DNA of 60,270 nt, counting the filler, from Bipalium vagum (lineage: Eukaryota): NCBI GenBank assembly GCA_037834085.1. It is 3 parts of 3 records of this genome, joined end to end, with 100 filler letters (N's around TTAATTAATTAA, not from the genome) between each part and the next. Parts side by side here need not be neighbours in the genome. Positions count along the whole stretch, not along the records: positions 15,893 to 43,346 come from JBBMKC010086061.1; 2 more parts are not named here. One strand, given 5' to 3'. Position numbers and translations under genes: made by a program. Position 1 is the first letter of the stretch. Each line of letters opens with the position of its first letter. Of the stretch, positions 28,301 to 41,829 are shown in pieces. The notes under the pieces were generated by a model. That model did not search any database. It was not told where the DNA came from and saw nothing but the letters and a program-made list of their open reading frames with translations.

Positions 28301-31300
28301 CTGTGGCAGTTTGTCGTTCGCTCTTCAGTTACTCCAGAGCAATGGAAAAAAAACCCACTTTCATTTGGAAAATGGCTAAATATATTTCATAGCTAAAATT
28401 ATTTGATAAATATTCAATTAAATATTTCCAACTTAACTCTGAAATTTGGACGAATCTCATGCCAAATATCGCAGCAAATTTAAATAAAATTGTTTCGTCA
28501 TTTGTAACATTAAATAAGAAAGACCACCTTTATCCATTCTTCACAGAGAACAATGCTTATTATTTTTCTTATTTGGTGGGTTGGCTGACCTTTTTACAAT
28601 ATAACCAGCTTGATTGATTGATGGATAATATGCCTCTCAAATTGTTTGTTTTAATATACAATTTAATACAATGTATTGATTATTTTTATTGTCTTGTAAT
28701 AATTTTGTCGCTGTTGATTCACTCATTCTCATTATACGATAAAAATGTTTTTTTATGTTCATGGTCCTGAGGGGTCTATCAAAAATAATAAAATAACGGT
28801 TTAAAGTAAATACTCTGTTAAAGTTATGACAAAGTTTATTTATTTTATACATCTTTCTTTGTTTATTATCTTAATATGAAGGGTTAACAAGATTCTACTA
28901 GAATCATATTGAAAAATTTTCAAAAGAATAAACAAATTATATATATTTTTATGTCCAAAATTTAACACTTGGTCTCCTTTTTCAAGAAAAATTAGAACAG
29001 GGTAATGGGGATAGTAATAATCATTAATTTTTTATAAGAATATTTTTTCAGAGATAATTTATAATTATACTAGCACAAACCCTGAAATTTCAAAAGATAA
29101 ATAAAAATGAATTTGTTCTAAGAAGATGTCATTGTTAGCCACATATTTCTTACCCTTCAGTTTATGGAAACATTCCAGAAGAACTTCGACTTCCGTGCTA
29201 TATATTTTAAATACTTTAGAAATGTATGGGGTGCAAAATTTCTTTTTCATAGCTTTTATACGATTCTAGACCTTCAGTAAGTAAGCATTGACTAAGCTGA
29301 ACTAATTGGTTTTCGTTAATCGTTTCATCTGATTTGAGAAGCTCGTGATACACTACACTTTTTATCGTACTAGACTCATTCCATTATTTTCTTTGCGAAG
29401 TAATTTGGTCATGCAGTTTGGTTTTGAAATATAATCCATTATAAAAATATCGCAGGTTTGAGATTTCTAAAATAAGTCAACCTTTTATCTATCAAAATTC
29501 GATGTAAGAAAGAATTTCTTTCGTATCGATATAACATCTCACTTAATAATCTTCGAATCTCAAGTTGTTCAATTGATAAACCATTCATTTTCCTTTATTT
29601 AAAATCATGCTTATGTTATCTAATTACGCACACATTGTCTGCTGAGTAACACACCAAATCCAGAATGGAAAAAATGTTTCAAAAATTAATAATCTTAATA
29701 CAGCGTTTGTCAAGTCATTTCATAAATTTTGACTCTGATTTCGCAATTTTGTAATTCAATCTCGTAATTTAAAAAAATGATAAAAATCGCCTTTCCTTAC
29801 TTAAAACGATGTAAAAAATTAAAAAACACTAAACAGAATAACTTTAATTACATCAACAATAGGAAAATTATTCATGCATCCTGGAATAAATGTAAATAAA
29901 TTTCGATATGATAATCTTAAATCTGCATTATTGAAATTGTAAATGAAATATAATACTTTTTATAATTAGATTGTGTTTTCTTTTTTATAATAATATTATT
30001 ATTATTAATAAAAAATAATAAGAATAATTAAAATGTTAAGAATAATTGATAAAATCAAAATTTTGAAATTATAAAAACATCTTTGCTGCTGTTAAAATTA
30101 TATTTTTTATTTATTTTTAAATGATTTATAAAGGGATTTTGAACTCGCTGGTTTTAAAAGCCCAAATTCAAGAAGGTGTTCTATTTTTAATAATTTTTGA
30201 AAATTTTATTAATTTATAAGAAACCCTCCAATTGATTTTTTAAGTCTATATATAAATATTATTTTATTTAATAATATAAATATTTTTACTTTGATTATTT
30301 TAGAAATTTAAAATATTTTTAATATTTGATTTGATTTGATTACTTATTATTTTTTAAATAAGCTTTCAATTATTAATAATTAAATAATTAATGTTTTCAT
30401 CTCATTTCATAAAAAATAAAGGAAAATATCACTTAATTCCACAAATTTTTCCATACATATTTTTTATTTCAAATAATGATTAATATAAAAATATCGAATA
30501 AAAATATGGAGATGAATATCATTATTTCAAAATTACAGTGCTCACGATAATGTGAGACCAATTAACTGGAAAAGTTTCGCATTATTAAATCTTTATTTAG
30601 CTAAGAGTGAACAAAGGAGATTTTCGTTATTTTTTGTTTTAACTAAACTAATTATTGCTTAAATATGTTATATTAATTTTGAGTCTATAAAAGATATTAA
30701 TAATATTAAATAAATAAAATACTATACATGTTTAATGATAAACTTAAAATTTCCATATTTAAATATATTNNNNNNNNNNNNNNNNNNNNNNNNNNNNNNN
30801 NNNNNNNNNNNNNNNNNNNNNNNNNNNNNNNNNNNNNNNNNNNNNNNNNNNNNNNNNNNNNNNNNNNNNNNNNNNNNNNNNNNNNNNNNNNNNNNNNNNN
30901 NNNNATATCGAGAGTAATTTGAGGATTATGGATAAAATCGCTTGACAAATTGTGTTTGCCTCAGCGGTAAGTAATGCTGATGATCAATATTATATATAGA
31001 GACATTGTATTTCTGTCCAAAGGTTTTCTGGCAAAAATTTCCCATTTGGGATTGGTTGGGATATATTAATATACTAAATATGCTTAGTAACATCAACATT
31101 ATATTTTTGTATTGTCTACTTAATGGATCAGCTAATTTGCGTAGAAATAATTTATTAATATTTACTAAACTAAGAAAAATAATTTATATCTACAACATAT
31201 TTATGTATTGATTTACAGTTGAAAATATCTCAAAATGTGATAACAATAGTCATCGACTATTAATAAAAGAAGCTTCAATTAACGGATATTTGTCCGTTGA

Positions 31301-34049
31301 CTTTTCGAATGAAACAGACCGTGATGAATTCATATATTGCATATGTGGCATGAAACGGTTACAGGATATCAAAGCCAACAAAATTAATGATTGCTTATCT
31401 ATTTTTGTTGGTACCTGGAATATCGGTTGATTATATTTAATCACATCAATAATTTTTTTATTTTTATCTTCATAATGAAGGAGCGTCAAAATCAGTAGAA
31501 CATTTAAGTCATTGGTTGAAGTGTGAAGGGTCTGGAAAGCCAGAAATTCCTATTATTGGTCAGTATGTGCCTCATGATATGTACATAATAGGTTTCCAAG
31601 AAGGTATAACGGATCAACCTTTTGATGCCATCATATCATCAACTCTAGCAATGTGTTACAACCAAGATTTTCCTTTGGTTAGATTTAGAAATGTTCAGTC
31701 AATTTTTGATTTCAACATTTTACTTATTATCGAATATAATTTTATATTGTTTCTTTATTAAATGCAGTACAATAAGAAAGCATAAAATCTTATAATGATA
31801 ATAATAATAATAATTCTTTACTACTTATAAAAAGTTGAATGAGTCAAATCAGTATATTTTCGAAATCTTTTTTGATAGTATTATAATTGGCATATGAATA
31901 GAGTATAAACTTTAAAAAGTGCTAATTCTACATCTGGTAAGAATAAAAGTTGTGATTACGTCCCAAGCATCAAATCATTGAGGGTTTGTGAAAGTGTATT
32001 GTTATAAATGTAAAAGGCCTCTTTCTGTTGAATTATAACTAGTGCTTTACACAAAAAACTTAATAATATCAAATATACAATCCAAAAAGTATCATATGGC
32101 ACGATCAATCGCCGCTTGAATGATATTGGTTTTCTTTCTTTTTCTCCAGCACTCAAGTCCTTCCTCTGAAAGGCTCACAAAGCAGCGCGTTTGTAGTGGG
32201 CACAACAGCATCGCCACACAAACTGGTCGACAATCATCTTCAGTGATGAATCAAAATTCCAGATGAATAATAGACAACAGTTCGTATGGCGTAGGAAAAA
32301 CACTAGACTGCAGGATCGATTTGTTACCAATCTATATAAATATAATAAATATAAATGTTGTAATTTTTTCTACTGGACAATTTATTGTATCAGATTGTAT
32401 ATTTTGATGATTTTATAAATATTAGGTTGCATAAAGTAACCGTGATTTTGATCTTTTAATTTTCTTTTATCAAAATAAATGTTTTTAAAAACAATTCTTA
32501 AAGATTTGATATCATTGATATTTTAATATCAAACTATATTTGTAAGTTTTGTTTAAATCATATTATTTAAAGCATATCAATGAATTTATTTGAATTTATA
32601 ATTATAGTAAAATAAGTACAGAAAAATTTCATTTCGAAGTCTGATTCGTTATTATTGGAAAAAAGGATTTACTATTATTATCACCATAAGTACTATTTGT
32701 GATATTGAAGGAGAATGTCACGTTGCCTATAGCTCAATCTTAGATTGGTTCAAAAAGTTTCAAAACGAAGAAACTAATCTTGAAGATGAGCCCCACCTTT
32801 GGAATACTTTTTGTAATAAATGAAGGGGTTCTTATTAGATACCAATTGTAGATGATTGACCGCGAAACTCTTACTATCGTTTACTTAATGTACAAATGCC
32901 TAGCGGTTTAGCCATGATTCAGATATTGTGCAGTAATATAATCTATATTTCATAAGTGAAGATGACCCATAGGATTTTTTAGAAGTTTTTAATGTTAACT
33001 TCCTTTAACAAAAATATTCTTTACCTTATCATTAAAAGTAATATTGCTTGCCATTTTTTCACTGACAACGTTTGTGATTCTGTAGTCTAACAAATTTTTA
33101 AGATTTCTTGTTTTATTCATTTAAAATTTATTCTATTTTATCTTAATAAAGCAGAATGACGAACTTTAACTTTGATAAATGTGTTAATTGATTTTAATAA
33201 GCCCTACAAATGTCTATTAAATTGGTACCTTAGATCTCTTCCCAAACTAATTCATTCCCGAAAACATTGAAATTATCGGTGTTTTGTCGAGCTGCTCTGG
33301 AAAAATATTTCCGAAATATTTCTGTTGATGTCGTTAATACGGGATTTGCCAATAAATGTGGTAATATCATTATCTGAAACCATAAGATCAAAAACAAAAT
33401 GTATAATTGAAGGTAACAAAGGAGCGGTCTCCATTTCCTTTAATTTCCAAGACGCTTCATTCTGCTTCATCAACTGCCACTTGGCCTCAGGTGCAGACAA
33501 AGTGAAACGGTATAATTATGAAATTGAATTTATTGAAATGAAAATGATTATAAATATATATCTCTAATTTTATTTTTCTAATCTTTTATACACTTTTAAA
33601 AGATTTATTAATCACATATCTATAGATTTCCATAACTTTTTTTCAATCTCCTATTTTTTCTTATTTTTAGTGAAAAAAAATTTAACTCATTTTATGTTTT
33701 TTAAGTATGTCAATTAATCAATAAATTTTTTCTCGACGAAAATTTTTTCAATATAATTTTTATTAATGAAAGTTCATATGAATAGTTTTCATTTCATTCA
33801 GGATAGAATAAATATTTTTTTCAACATTTTTTTATTTCTATAAAAGAATTTTAAATATTATACATTATTTTCTAATAAGAAATATTTTTCCAATTATAAT
33901 TTAATTTTTATTGATGATTGGACTAATTAGTAAATAATATATTTCCGAAAATGTTTACTGAATTATTTAAGTCAATAATACAAGATGATTGAGGAATGAT
34001 ACGTTGATCTGATCAAAAGAGGGTTTTGTCGTCAGAGATATTTAATATC

Positions 34050-34083
<34 letters not shown>

Positions 34084-37000
34084 TATTATTATTATTATTA
34101 ATTATGACTCAAATCTATTCCAGCATCTGCAAATATTACAAGATATCTTTCTAATTATCTATAATTTTTTTACCAAAACTCACAAGTTTATAGCATATAA
34201 TTACAATTATAATATTCTTGCTAATTACGAATTATTTAATAAATCTGGTTTGAAATGGGTGCTAGAATTAATTTTTGTTGATAAAATATTTAAATTATTT
34301 AAACAAAAATCATTTTAAATTGGAGTTATTGATAAATATCAACCAAAATTAGTATCACATGTACTTATGATATCATATTTCATCATAAAAAAATTTAATA
34401 ACTAAAAGTTATATTGGTAATTAAATTGTAAAATATTTTTAGGGTTGCCTTAAATTTTTAATTCGCAATTTATAAAAATATAATCATAATATGATTAAAG
34501 AAGAATTACTTTGTAACACAACAATGTCACTCCACAAAGTACAACAATAGTAAAATCATAGATAGGCCTAACTGGGAGATTTTATCGGACATTGATTCAT
34601 GTTACTTTAACTTAGTTTGATTCAACAAATAGTCTTTCAAAGAAATAAAAGTTACGTTTATCAATGAATTTTAGAAGTTATAAGGTCTCAACTTTGGAGT
34701 TAATTCATTGACGAAAGATAATATAAAGTTTTATCTGCCCACGAAAAATATTTTGATTGAAATAAGGATTTCTTTTCTTTTAAATGAAGAGGTTTAAAAT
34801 TTGTTTTTTTATTACAAAACAGAATGTTTCTTAATTTCATTACGTAAATAATATTGCAAAAATAACAAATGAAAATATATTTATACTTTTTAATATTATT
34901 TAATTGTTTGTATGAAACAAAGATGTCTATCAGAAATGTGTCTCCATATCAATTATTATTATTATTATTATTATTATTATAAAAAAATTTCCCGAAATTT
35001 GATTTGTTTCATCTGATCAGATATAAACAAACAATTGTTTCAATTGAAATTGTTTCATTTTTATTATATTATTTATATAATTTTTAATTGAAGACGCTCT
35101 TGAAAATCAATAGCGACGTTTGACAAAAATTGCTTTGTTAAGAGTCAATTTCATTTTCTTTTACAATTTAAGAAGGGAAGAGGAGTTCAAGGCAATTATC
35201 CAGAAGATGCATTTGCAACGAGACAGGAGTCAATGCGCCGACTTGATTTCGAAACACGATTTTCTGTTCTGCGTCGGGGACTTTAATATGCGGACGGACT
35301 TGCATGTGACAGAGGCCATGAAAATGCTCCAGTCCCAACGTACCCACGAGCTGCTGAAATCCGACGAACTGCTGAAATACAACTTGTCTAAGCATTGGAA
35401 TCTTTTCAAGTTTTTCAGTAATTAATATTATTAATATAAACTATTATTTTATTATTACTGAAAGGTCGGGTGGAGGCTTGAATAAGTTATCGGTCGAAGA
35501 GGAATTCTATTTATTGTCTTATTTGTTGTTCATTTAAATTCTCGTTAATTTATCCATACTCAAACAAGCACTTTTAAAAACGATTTTTGAATCTGCTTCG
35601 ATTATCAATAATAATAATTATTATTAAAAATATTAACAGTGATAAAAAATCATGAGATTTAAAATAAAAATGGAATTTTCTAGTTCTATTAACGTATGAA
35701 ATGAAAGTTATATAATTTTTGTTGAAATTGTAATATTTGAACCTTATATTATTATTTGTAAATGGAGACCCAAAAAACACCATTTTTAAATAAGCATTTA
35801 TATTTTGAGTAAAATGCTTTTATAACACGAAATATGTCTTACACAATCACTGAATAATAACAAAAAAATGTGAAATCACAATTTTGTTATATTTTGTTTG
35901 AATCAATTATCATCATGGAAACCTCACCATGATGAAAAACAACACTAGCCCTCATCTACCAAAAATTACCAATTCTTTCTTGGAGTAGAATGCAATTTAG
36001 TGTCGGCTACGATTCTTTTGAAATAAGGCTCACAGATAGTTTTAAATTCTAGAAATCAAAGAGAAGAATGAAAAAATAACAGAAACAGTGATTTATTTCA
36101 AATCAAAGACATGATTGTCATTGATATGGGGACGTTATAGATGTTTGTTTCGGCTCTGGCTACGAATTTTTCCCAGATTTTATGGGTGTTGATTATCGTC
36201 CTGATCTCAATTTTTTCCTTAATTGTATTATTATATTTTGCTATTTTAAATAATAATACCCCGAGTATTTGGTAGTATGACGGAATCCACGACTCTTCGG
36301 CTCCGTTATAAATGTTTTTGTCATAACACCATGTTCTTCCGAGTTCGGATTTTGTTTAGTCCAGTAAATTCTCATATTTTTGGTTGTCTGCTTCGTCATT
36401 ACTTTTAATAGAGACCTCTGTTTGAAATGGGACTTTGACGTCAATAATTAGGTATCTTTTTATTTTTTGTTGACCGATCTAGAATTAAGTTTTGACCTGA
36501 AAATTTTCTTTCTTTTCGACGTGCATTTCTCATTCTTTTTAAAGTGTGGATAACAAATCAACTAAGAAATCGCGTACATTGTCATATCTTTTTCGTACCA
36601 TAGGCATTATGTACAGCCAAATAAGACGTTTGAGGGACTTTCTTCTTTCTCATAGCAAATTCTACAGTTGTCGGCTTTTAAAATTTTTTTATCTGTTGGT
36701 AAATCATTAATACAACACTTCTGAAAAAAGTACTATTCATCTGTACTGCACAGGTTTCCGTTCTTAAGTTTTTGGTTTAGACGATCATTTAAGACAATTT
36801 TTTATCAATTTCTTGCCCAGCACAGGTTAGCCAAAATATCAAACATCTTTTCCCCGATTTCAAAGTCATGAACGAAATAAAATTGTTTCTAGAGAAGTTC
36901 TTATGAGACCAGACAACATACAAGCTGAATCATGCTAAAGATTGACAATCTAAACCGCATCATTGTGGATCATTATGAATATCTGAATTGAATTTTGGTC

Positions 37001-39452
37001 ATAAAATCATATACGATTTTAAGAATAAATGTGTTTCTAAAATGCTGTATTATTGGTGACCATATACATTATAATATAACATAATGTCAACTAAAATCAA
37101 AATTCCTAAGCTTCAATAAAATATCAAATTGTGTCACACTAAATGACGGATTTTATTTTGATTGTTTCAAAGATTTATTAATCAATCATTATTTATGATA
37201 ATAATTGTTTTAATATATCAAATTGGAGCACCAATTTCGCTATTTCATTTAATTCTAAAAGTAAACAGTTCAATTTAAACAAATTATTTTTTTGCATTTT
37301 CAAGGGCATGGCTGAGCATATTTAAATTTTGTATGAATTCAAAATTCATCACAAAGCATCAGAAGCAATTAGAAATATTTTTTTCGTATTGGATGATGGT
37401 TCAGAAATTTCGGATTGATAACTTCAGTACTGAAAGTGATGATCGCGGAAGACTCTATACTGTAGTAAGTAACGACAAATTGAAAGAAGTAGTTGAAAGT
37501 ATAATAAGAAAATTAGTCAGAGAATTATCAGAAGAATTGAGTGTCACGAAGTCAAACCGAAATATGTACCTAAGCAAAGTTTTCATCAAAAGAAGACTAT
37601 GATCACTATTTGGTGGTCTAGCTTAATTCGATATACATTTTTAAGATCTAATGAATCCGATCACAGCTCAGTCATACTGCAACGAAATTGAAGTAGTGTG
37701 CCAGTAGTTGCTTACAAATCAATTACCACTTGTTAATAGAATGGAATCCATTTTGGTTCAAAATAATTCAGGACTACGTGTTTTGAGGTTAACATCAAAA
37801 AAGTTACGTGATTTGAACTACGAAGTTTTATCTCATCTAACTTATTCTTTGGACTTTTTTCCATCATATATTAACACGTGGAGATATTTCTTACAAAAAA
37901 GATGTGACATGTGACCAGTGACATGTTCAAAATGTCATTTTTCAGTTGTTGAATCCAGAAATCCTGATTATGATTTATTTTCTCGATGACAGAAGTGTAT
38001 TGAGAACAATGCAAAACATTTTGATGAATGAGATGTGTTGCATATGTAATTTTTACTTTAGTTTAGGTAGATTTTAAAAGCCAACACTTCATTTGGAACA
38101 ATCTAATAAAGAAATCATGTTTTATGTCCACATATGTTTTAAAATTGAAACTAAATATTTTACCTAATTAATTTTATATTTAGAAGAGCCTCCAATTCTC
38201 CACAGTCCAACTTATCGATATTTAAGAGGAACCAGAGACAATCTTGATCCCTTCAAACAAAAATTAGGAACTGTTGATAAGATCAATTCCCCTTCTTGGT
38301 GTGATCGAGTGTTATTCAGATCTAGAAATAAAAATTCCATTTTTAATTTATCTTATGGTTAGTTTTATTAATATTTATTTTATTTTTTCAACTTTGAATG
38401 TGTTCCAATCAATTATATTTTATTTTTATGGAATTAATTTTTATCAATAATTTACAAAATTAATTAATTTTGTCATCAATAAATATTAGATTTTATTTAC
38501 CTACTTTTCAAAAACGTTCATTTTTCATGTTTACTTTAAAAATATTAGTTTCAAATATTAATTTATAAATTATTATATTTATCATCATATTTTAATTTTT
38601 ATGTTTAAATTTAAAGCATTTTTTTCTTTTTTTAATTAGTACATTTTAAAATTTATAAAATAATACATTTTTTTACCTTTACAACTATTTATCTTTATTT
38701 ATTTTTTTATTAATATAATATTATTATCATTTATTATAATTTCTGTCTTTTATATAAAAAAGTTAACAATTATATTTATTTTTGAAAAATTAAGTATAAT
38801 TCGCTACTTTTTTCATTATATTAATTTTGGAAAATATCACATTAATATTTAATAATTATTTAATATGAACTATTTTTTTAGGTATTAATCTAGACTATAA
38901 ATCTAGTGACCATAAACCCGTCTTCTCATCCTTTTTGGTTGCTCTTCCACCTCGAGATTATCTTGTTAATAATGTAATTGGAAAACCACCTTCTTGCCTT
39001 CGGATTGATGAAATTTTGATTCAAGTTATTATAATATAATATAATATAATTATTGAATAAGTATTTCAACTACAGATCACTGCAAATCAGGGAAAACCAA
39101 GACACCAATTTTATATTCAAATTGAAAGTGCACTGCTCTCAGGTTGGGTCTTTATTTATTAAAGTAATAGTTATAATGTCCTACAGATGTTTATATGTCC
39201 AATTCCCCACACGCGATCTGTGAAACGGCCGATTCGAGAATTTATACATCTCCACAATCCAAACTGAAAGACATAATACCCATCTTAGACCTTCATCAGA
39301 AAATTGCTTTATTGTTTATAACTCCCTTCAAACAGATCTCATTTAAAACTGGAGTCTCAAGGCGCGATATTGAGAATGGTTATCTTCTAGTCAGTCTCAT
39401 TTGGAATGATAACAAGCCCGAGTGCATAGGTAAATTTGTATGGAACTTCTAA
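19332..39452 (+). CDS. SHIP-type (INPP5D/INPPL1 family) inositol polyphosphate 5-phosphatase: PH-like + 5-phosphatase + C2; 5' and 3' ends unresolved
   Basis: Phase-consistent exons: 19332-19586, 20054-20103, 20753-20811, 22418-22434, 23368-23512, 31219-31425, 31481-31677, 33234-33360, 33413-33509, 35173-35417, 38184-38357, 38882-39024, 39076-39142, 39187-39429 (or read-through to the stop at 39452). Motifs: SIFVGTWNIG, WLKCEGSGK..YVPHDMYIIGFQE (SHIP-like), TGFANKCGNKGAVSISF, FINCHLASG, GDFNMR, PTYRY..TRD, PSWCDRVLF, SDHKPVF, and a C2-like FYIQIES. The first five exons rest mainly on splice-phase continuity. Confidence 0.88.
21340..22385 (+). mobile_element. Decayed mariner (cecropia-like) in a SHIP intron
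   Basis: Remnants AQWLDKDETRKHFPK, LQKFELEHLNHRPHSPNVAFNESHFFLNLDN, AFQEFID. Confidence 0.75.
24287..25973 (+). mobile_element. hAT-superfamily transposon (BED finger, CGGBP1-related transposase), pseudogenised, with 8-bp TSD
   Basis: Perfect TSD GTTATTAC at 24279-24286 and 25974-25981. TAG...CTA termini and subterminal A(A/G)GTCAA repeats. Transposase remnants: MPK start, IFCKLC...H..STKH, AFVYADIP..KL, IIDESD, LISDSAGYM, HVTCRAHLIH, ITRC.SWLKAA, SEVERSFS. Confidence 0.9.
25984..26540 (-). mobile_element. Tc1/mariner-superfamily remnant
   Basis: FKQDGEPAH (QQDGAPxH-like) and a C-terminal GHVEQ-like end; heavily degraded. Confidence 0.55.
26555..27190 (+). mobile_element. Tc1-like transposase remnant
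   Basis: ILDET, WIYQKYGSPYHTAK, and C-terminal CKMLIDSMSRRLKALMSAKDQHTY (typical Tc1 'L..SMPRRL.A...AKG..T.Y'). Confidence 0.7.
27450..27960 (-). mobile_element. Possible Merlin/IS1016-like transposase relic
   Basis: Minus strand gives a degraded 'SVNHF..' motif resembling the Merlin TVNHS region; weak. Confidence 0.25.
28380..28800 (-). mobile_element. Possible Tc1-like relic
   Basis: Minus strand has fragments such as QAGYIVKRSANP and NVTNDETIL, resembling the Tc1 HTH-to-first-Asp region. Confidence 0.35.
29050..29900 (-). mobile_element. Degraded hAT-like transposase relic
   Basis: Minus-strand CYSADN motif and fragmented coding-like sequence; no termini found. Confidence 0.35.
30770..30904. 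other. Assembly gap (N run)
   Basis: 135 N inside the largest SHIP intron. Confidence 0.97.
32050..32340 (+). mobile_element. Tc1 transposase fragment
   Basis: VSYGTINRRLNDIGF ... NWSTIIFSDESKFQMNNRQQFVWRRKNTRL. Confidence 0.8.
32420..32880 (+). mobile_element. Mariner 5' fragment
   Basis: TATTAGGTTGCATAAA TIR-like start; WFKKFQNEETNLEDEPH. Confidence 0.65.
34052..34100. repeat. (AAT)n(ATT)m microsatellite
   Basis: Direct reading. Confidence 0.9.
37215..38107 (+). mobile_element. Internally deleted mariner (cecropia-like)
   Basis: YEFKI, WFRNF, GR..VVSNDKLKEVVE, TMITIWW, LVQNNSG, LNYEVLSHLTYSLDFFPS, KCIENNAKHFD; TIR-like end GGAACAATCTAATA. Confidence 0.8.
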
Positions 39453-39479
39453 TGAACAATATTAAATATAATAAAAATT

Positions 39480-40200
39480 ATCAAATACATGTTTATTCAA
39501 CAATTAATTACTTAAAATTAAAAAACTTAAAAACTTTCCAAAAATATTTCAATTAAAATGATGTTACGCTGAACATAGACTAAACTTTGAAGAATTATGG
39601 GACTTTTTCTAATGAATAATGAGGAGCACGAACATTGCAATTCACGGTTCATTTCTTCGAATTCTTGACAATATCTTTCTGATATCATAGTTTCTTCTTG
39701 ATTTAAAAAATCTTAGTAAATCAGACGGTCCCTGAAGCACCAAATCAACAAATCTCATTTTTTTTGTTGAGTTTCGTCAGTGTTCAGCCACAGTGATGAC
39801 CATCGCAGATCACAATACGATCAAGAAATGGGTCTTTATTATACAACAAACGTGCGGATCATATTTAAATTTTTCTAAAATTATTCAATTCACTCATTTA
39901 CCAAGCTTCGATGTTCTCGCAAGTTGGTGGACGTTGTGTGACTGACTTCTAGGTTATTGGAAAGTTTTCCAGCCGTTGTACATGGATCCGGCTCTTTATT
40001 TCATCATTATCAATTGACGAGGGAGATTCACGACCTGCATAAATAATTAATTTGAACCATATGCTGACTTTTGCTGTACACATGCCGAAAACTGTATTGA
40101 TTGTACAAGAGATGAGGTTCAATTTTAGCATTCAATCGTTTTTCAAGAATATCATTTATCCAACCCAGTGAGATCACAAACATTACCGTTCCTTTAAAAG
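39480..40200 (-). mobile_element. Decayed mariner (Hsmar1-like)
   Basis: Minus strand: INTVFG..TAK..WFK, PSSIDNDEIK, EPDPCTTAGKLSNNLEVSHT, PFLDRIVICD. Confidence 0.75.
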
Positions 40201-40901
40201 CTTTCTCACTTGCGATTTTTACAGATTATATTTTAAAATTTTGATGTTTTAACTTCTCAGATTGGTATTTATTTGTCCATTCTTCAGTGAGTAATGACTG
40301 GTTTTGATATAAAAATAATTTTACCAGTGAACATTATTTAGCAGTATATTATTAAAAAATATAGAATATTACAAAAAAATAATCTTTTAGTCCTTTGACT
40401 TACAGCTCATTATAATCCACGGGTTAGGGTAAAAATAATTAAGAAGGAACAATTAAAATTAAAATGTGAACTATTATCAAATATATAAAGCATTTATTGA
40501 AATAAATTAAGTTTTAAACCATGTGAGATTAATATTGATTAATAATAAATCTGATTAATCAATAATGACAAATGAAATGGAAAGCTAAATGAGAACTTGA
40601 TCCATTCACAATATATTAAACCTTATTAATTTGAGTATTCAATTATTATGATACATTATATTTTTTCTTTTATCCTTTCAAGTAATTCTGTTGAAAGAAT
40701 ACTCTTCGTTACGAAGAAAGGAAAACAGCTAAGAATCAGTCAACATTCTCTGGAGAGTTATGAGATCATAAGGGTTACCATAAGGATAAAGTATATATCA
40801 ACAAATCACACACTATATATAAATTAAGAGAAAATATTCGAAAAAAATTACTGAAATTTCCCGATAAACGAGCCAAAAAAATCTCATTAATATTTAATCA
40901 T

Positions 40902-41694
40902 TAGTGGCAAACTATGCTAAAAATGTCAGATTTTTGTTTGTCAAGTAGTATCAGTCTCTGTAATTTCAAAGGTTTAAACATTTTGTATGGCTTTATAATG
41001 GTTTAATAAAAAATCGAAATACCAATCAGGTTCGAAATACCTTTTAAAAGAATAATTATTGGAATTATAATTTTTAATAATTCACAAATCATTTAATTAA
41101 TTTATAGCAGGAGTTTATGACCAATATGTTGAAGTTGTTGTCAAAGTGCTGACATCTGCTAATATCCCCTTATTCAAATTAAATAATCCTGAAATAATTA
41201 AGATGTTAAGATATTTTGGTAAACTACTGAATTAATGGAAATAGTAGAGTATTATCAAGTTCTAATTGCTATTCTAGATGTTCTAGATAAGTTTGAAGAC
41301 TCAGAATATAATATTGAAAGTTGACATGACCCTATAAATAACATAAATTTAGGATTAAATCCAATAGATTGAGAAGCTATCTGCATAAAAGATTAAAAGA
41401 CAATGAAATTGTCGATTTGCTAAAGTTTAGTAAAGAAGAATTATGTCCGATTGAATAATCTTATTTACAGAAATGTCCACCTGTGAATATTGCAGCAGAG
41501 CGAAGTTTTTCAAATTTAAGAAATCTGCTAACTAACCAAAGAAATTTTAACAGCGATAATCTTTATCACTATTTCTCAAAATATTGTAATGTATTTGATG
41601 AACAAAGTTTACTACATAATAGTTATTCTTTTAAAATCTTTAAATGCCATTTTTTATATTTTTACTCAATAAATGCCATTTTTAAATTGCCCTA
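40902..41694 (+). mobile_element. Internally deleted hAT element of the same transposase family as 24287-25973
   Basis: TAGTGGCAA...TTGCCCTA termini, subterminal AAATGCCA repeats, remnants SANIPLFKLNNPEI and AAERSFSNLRNLL. Confidence 0.7.
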
Positions 41695-41829
41695 GTGATG
41701 AATAACGAAATAAAATTGTGAAAATATTTTATTTACCCTTTGAATTCCGGTGTGCTTTGAAATAATTTTACAAAAAAATATTTTTTGCAATTAAGAAGTA
41801 CTTTTTTTACGAGATAGTATTTAACATAG

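Noticed and set aside
30706-30948. ORFs containing X runs
   Set aside because: Artefacts of the N gap.
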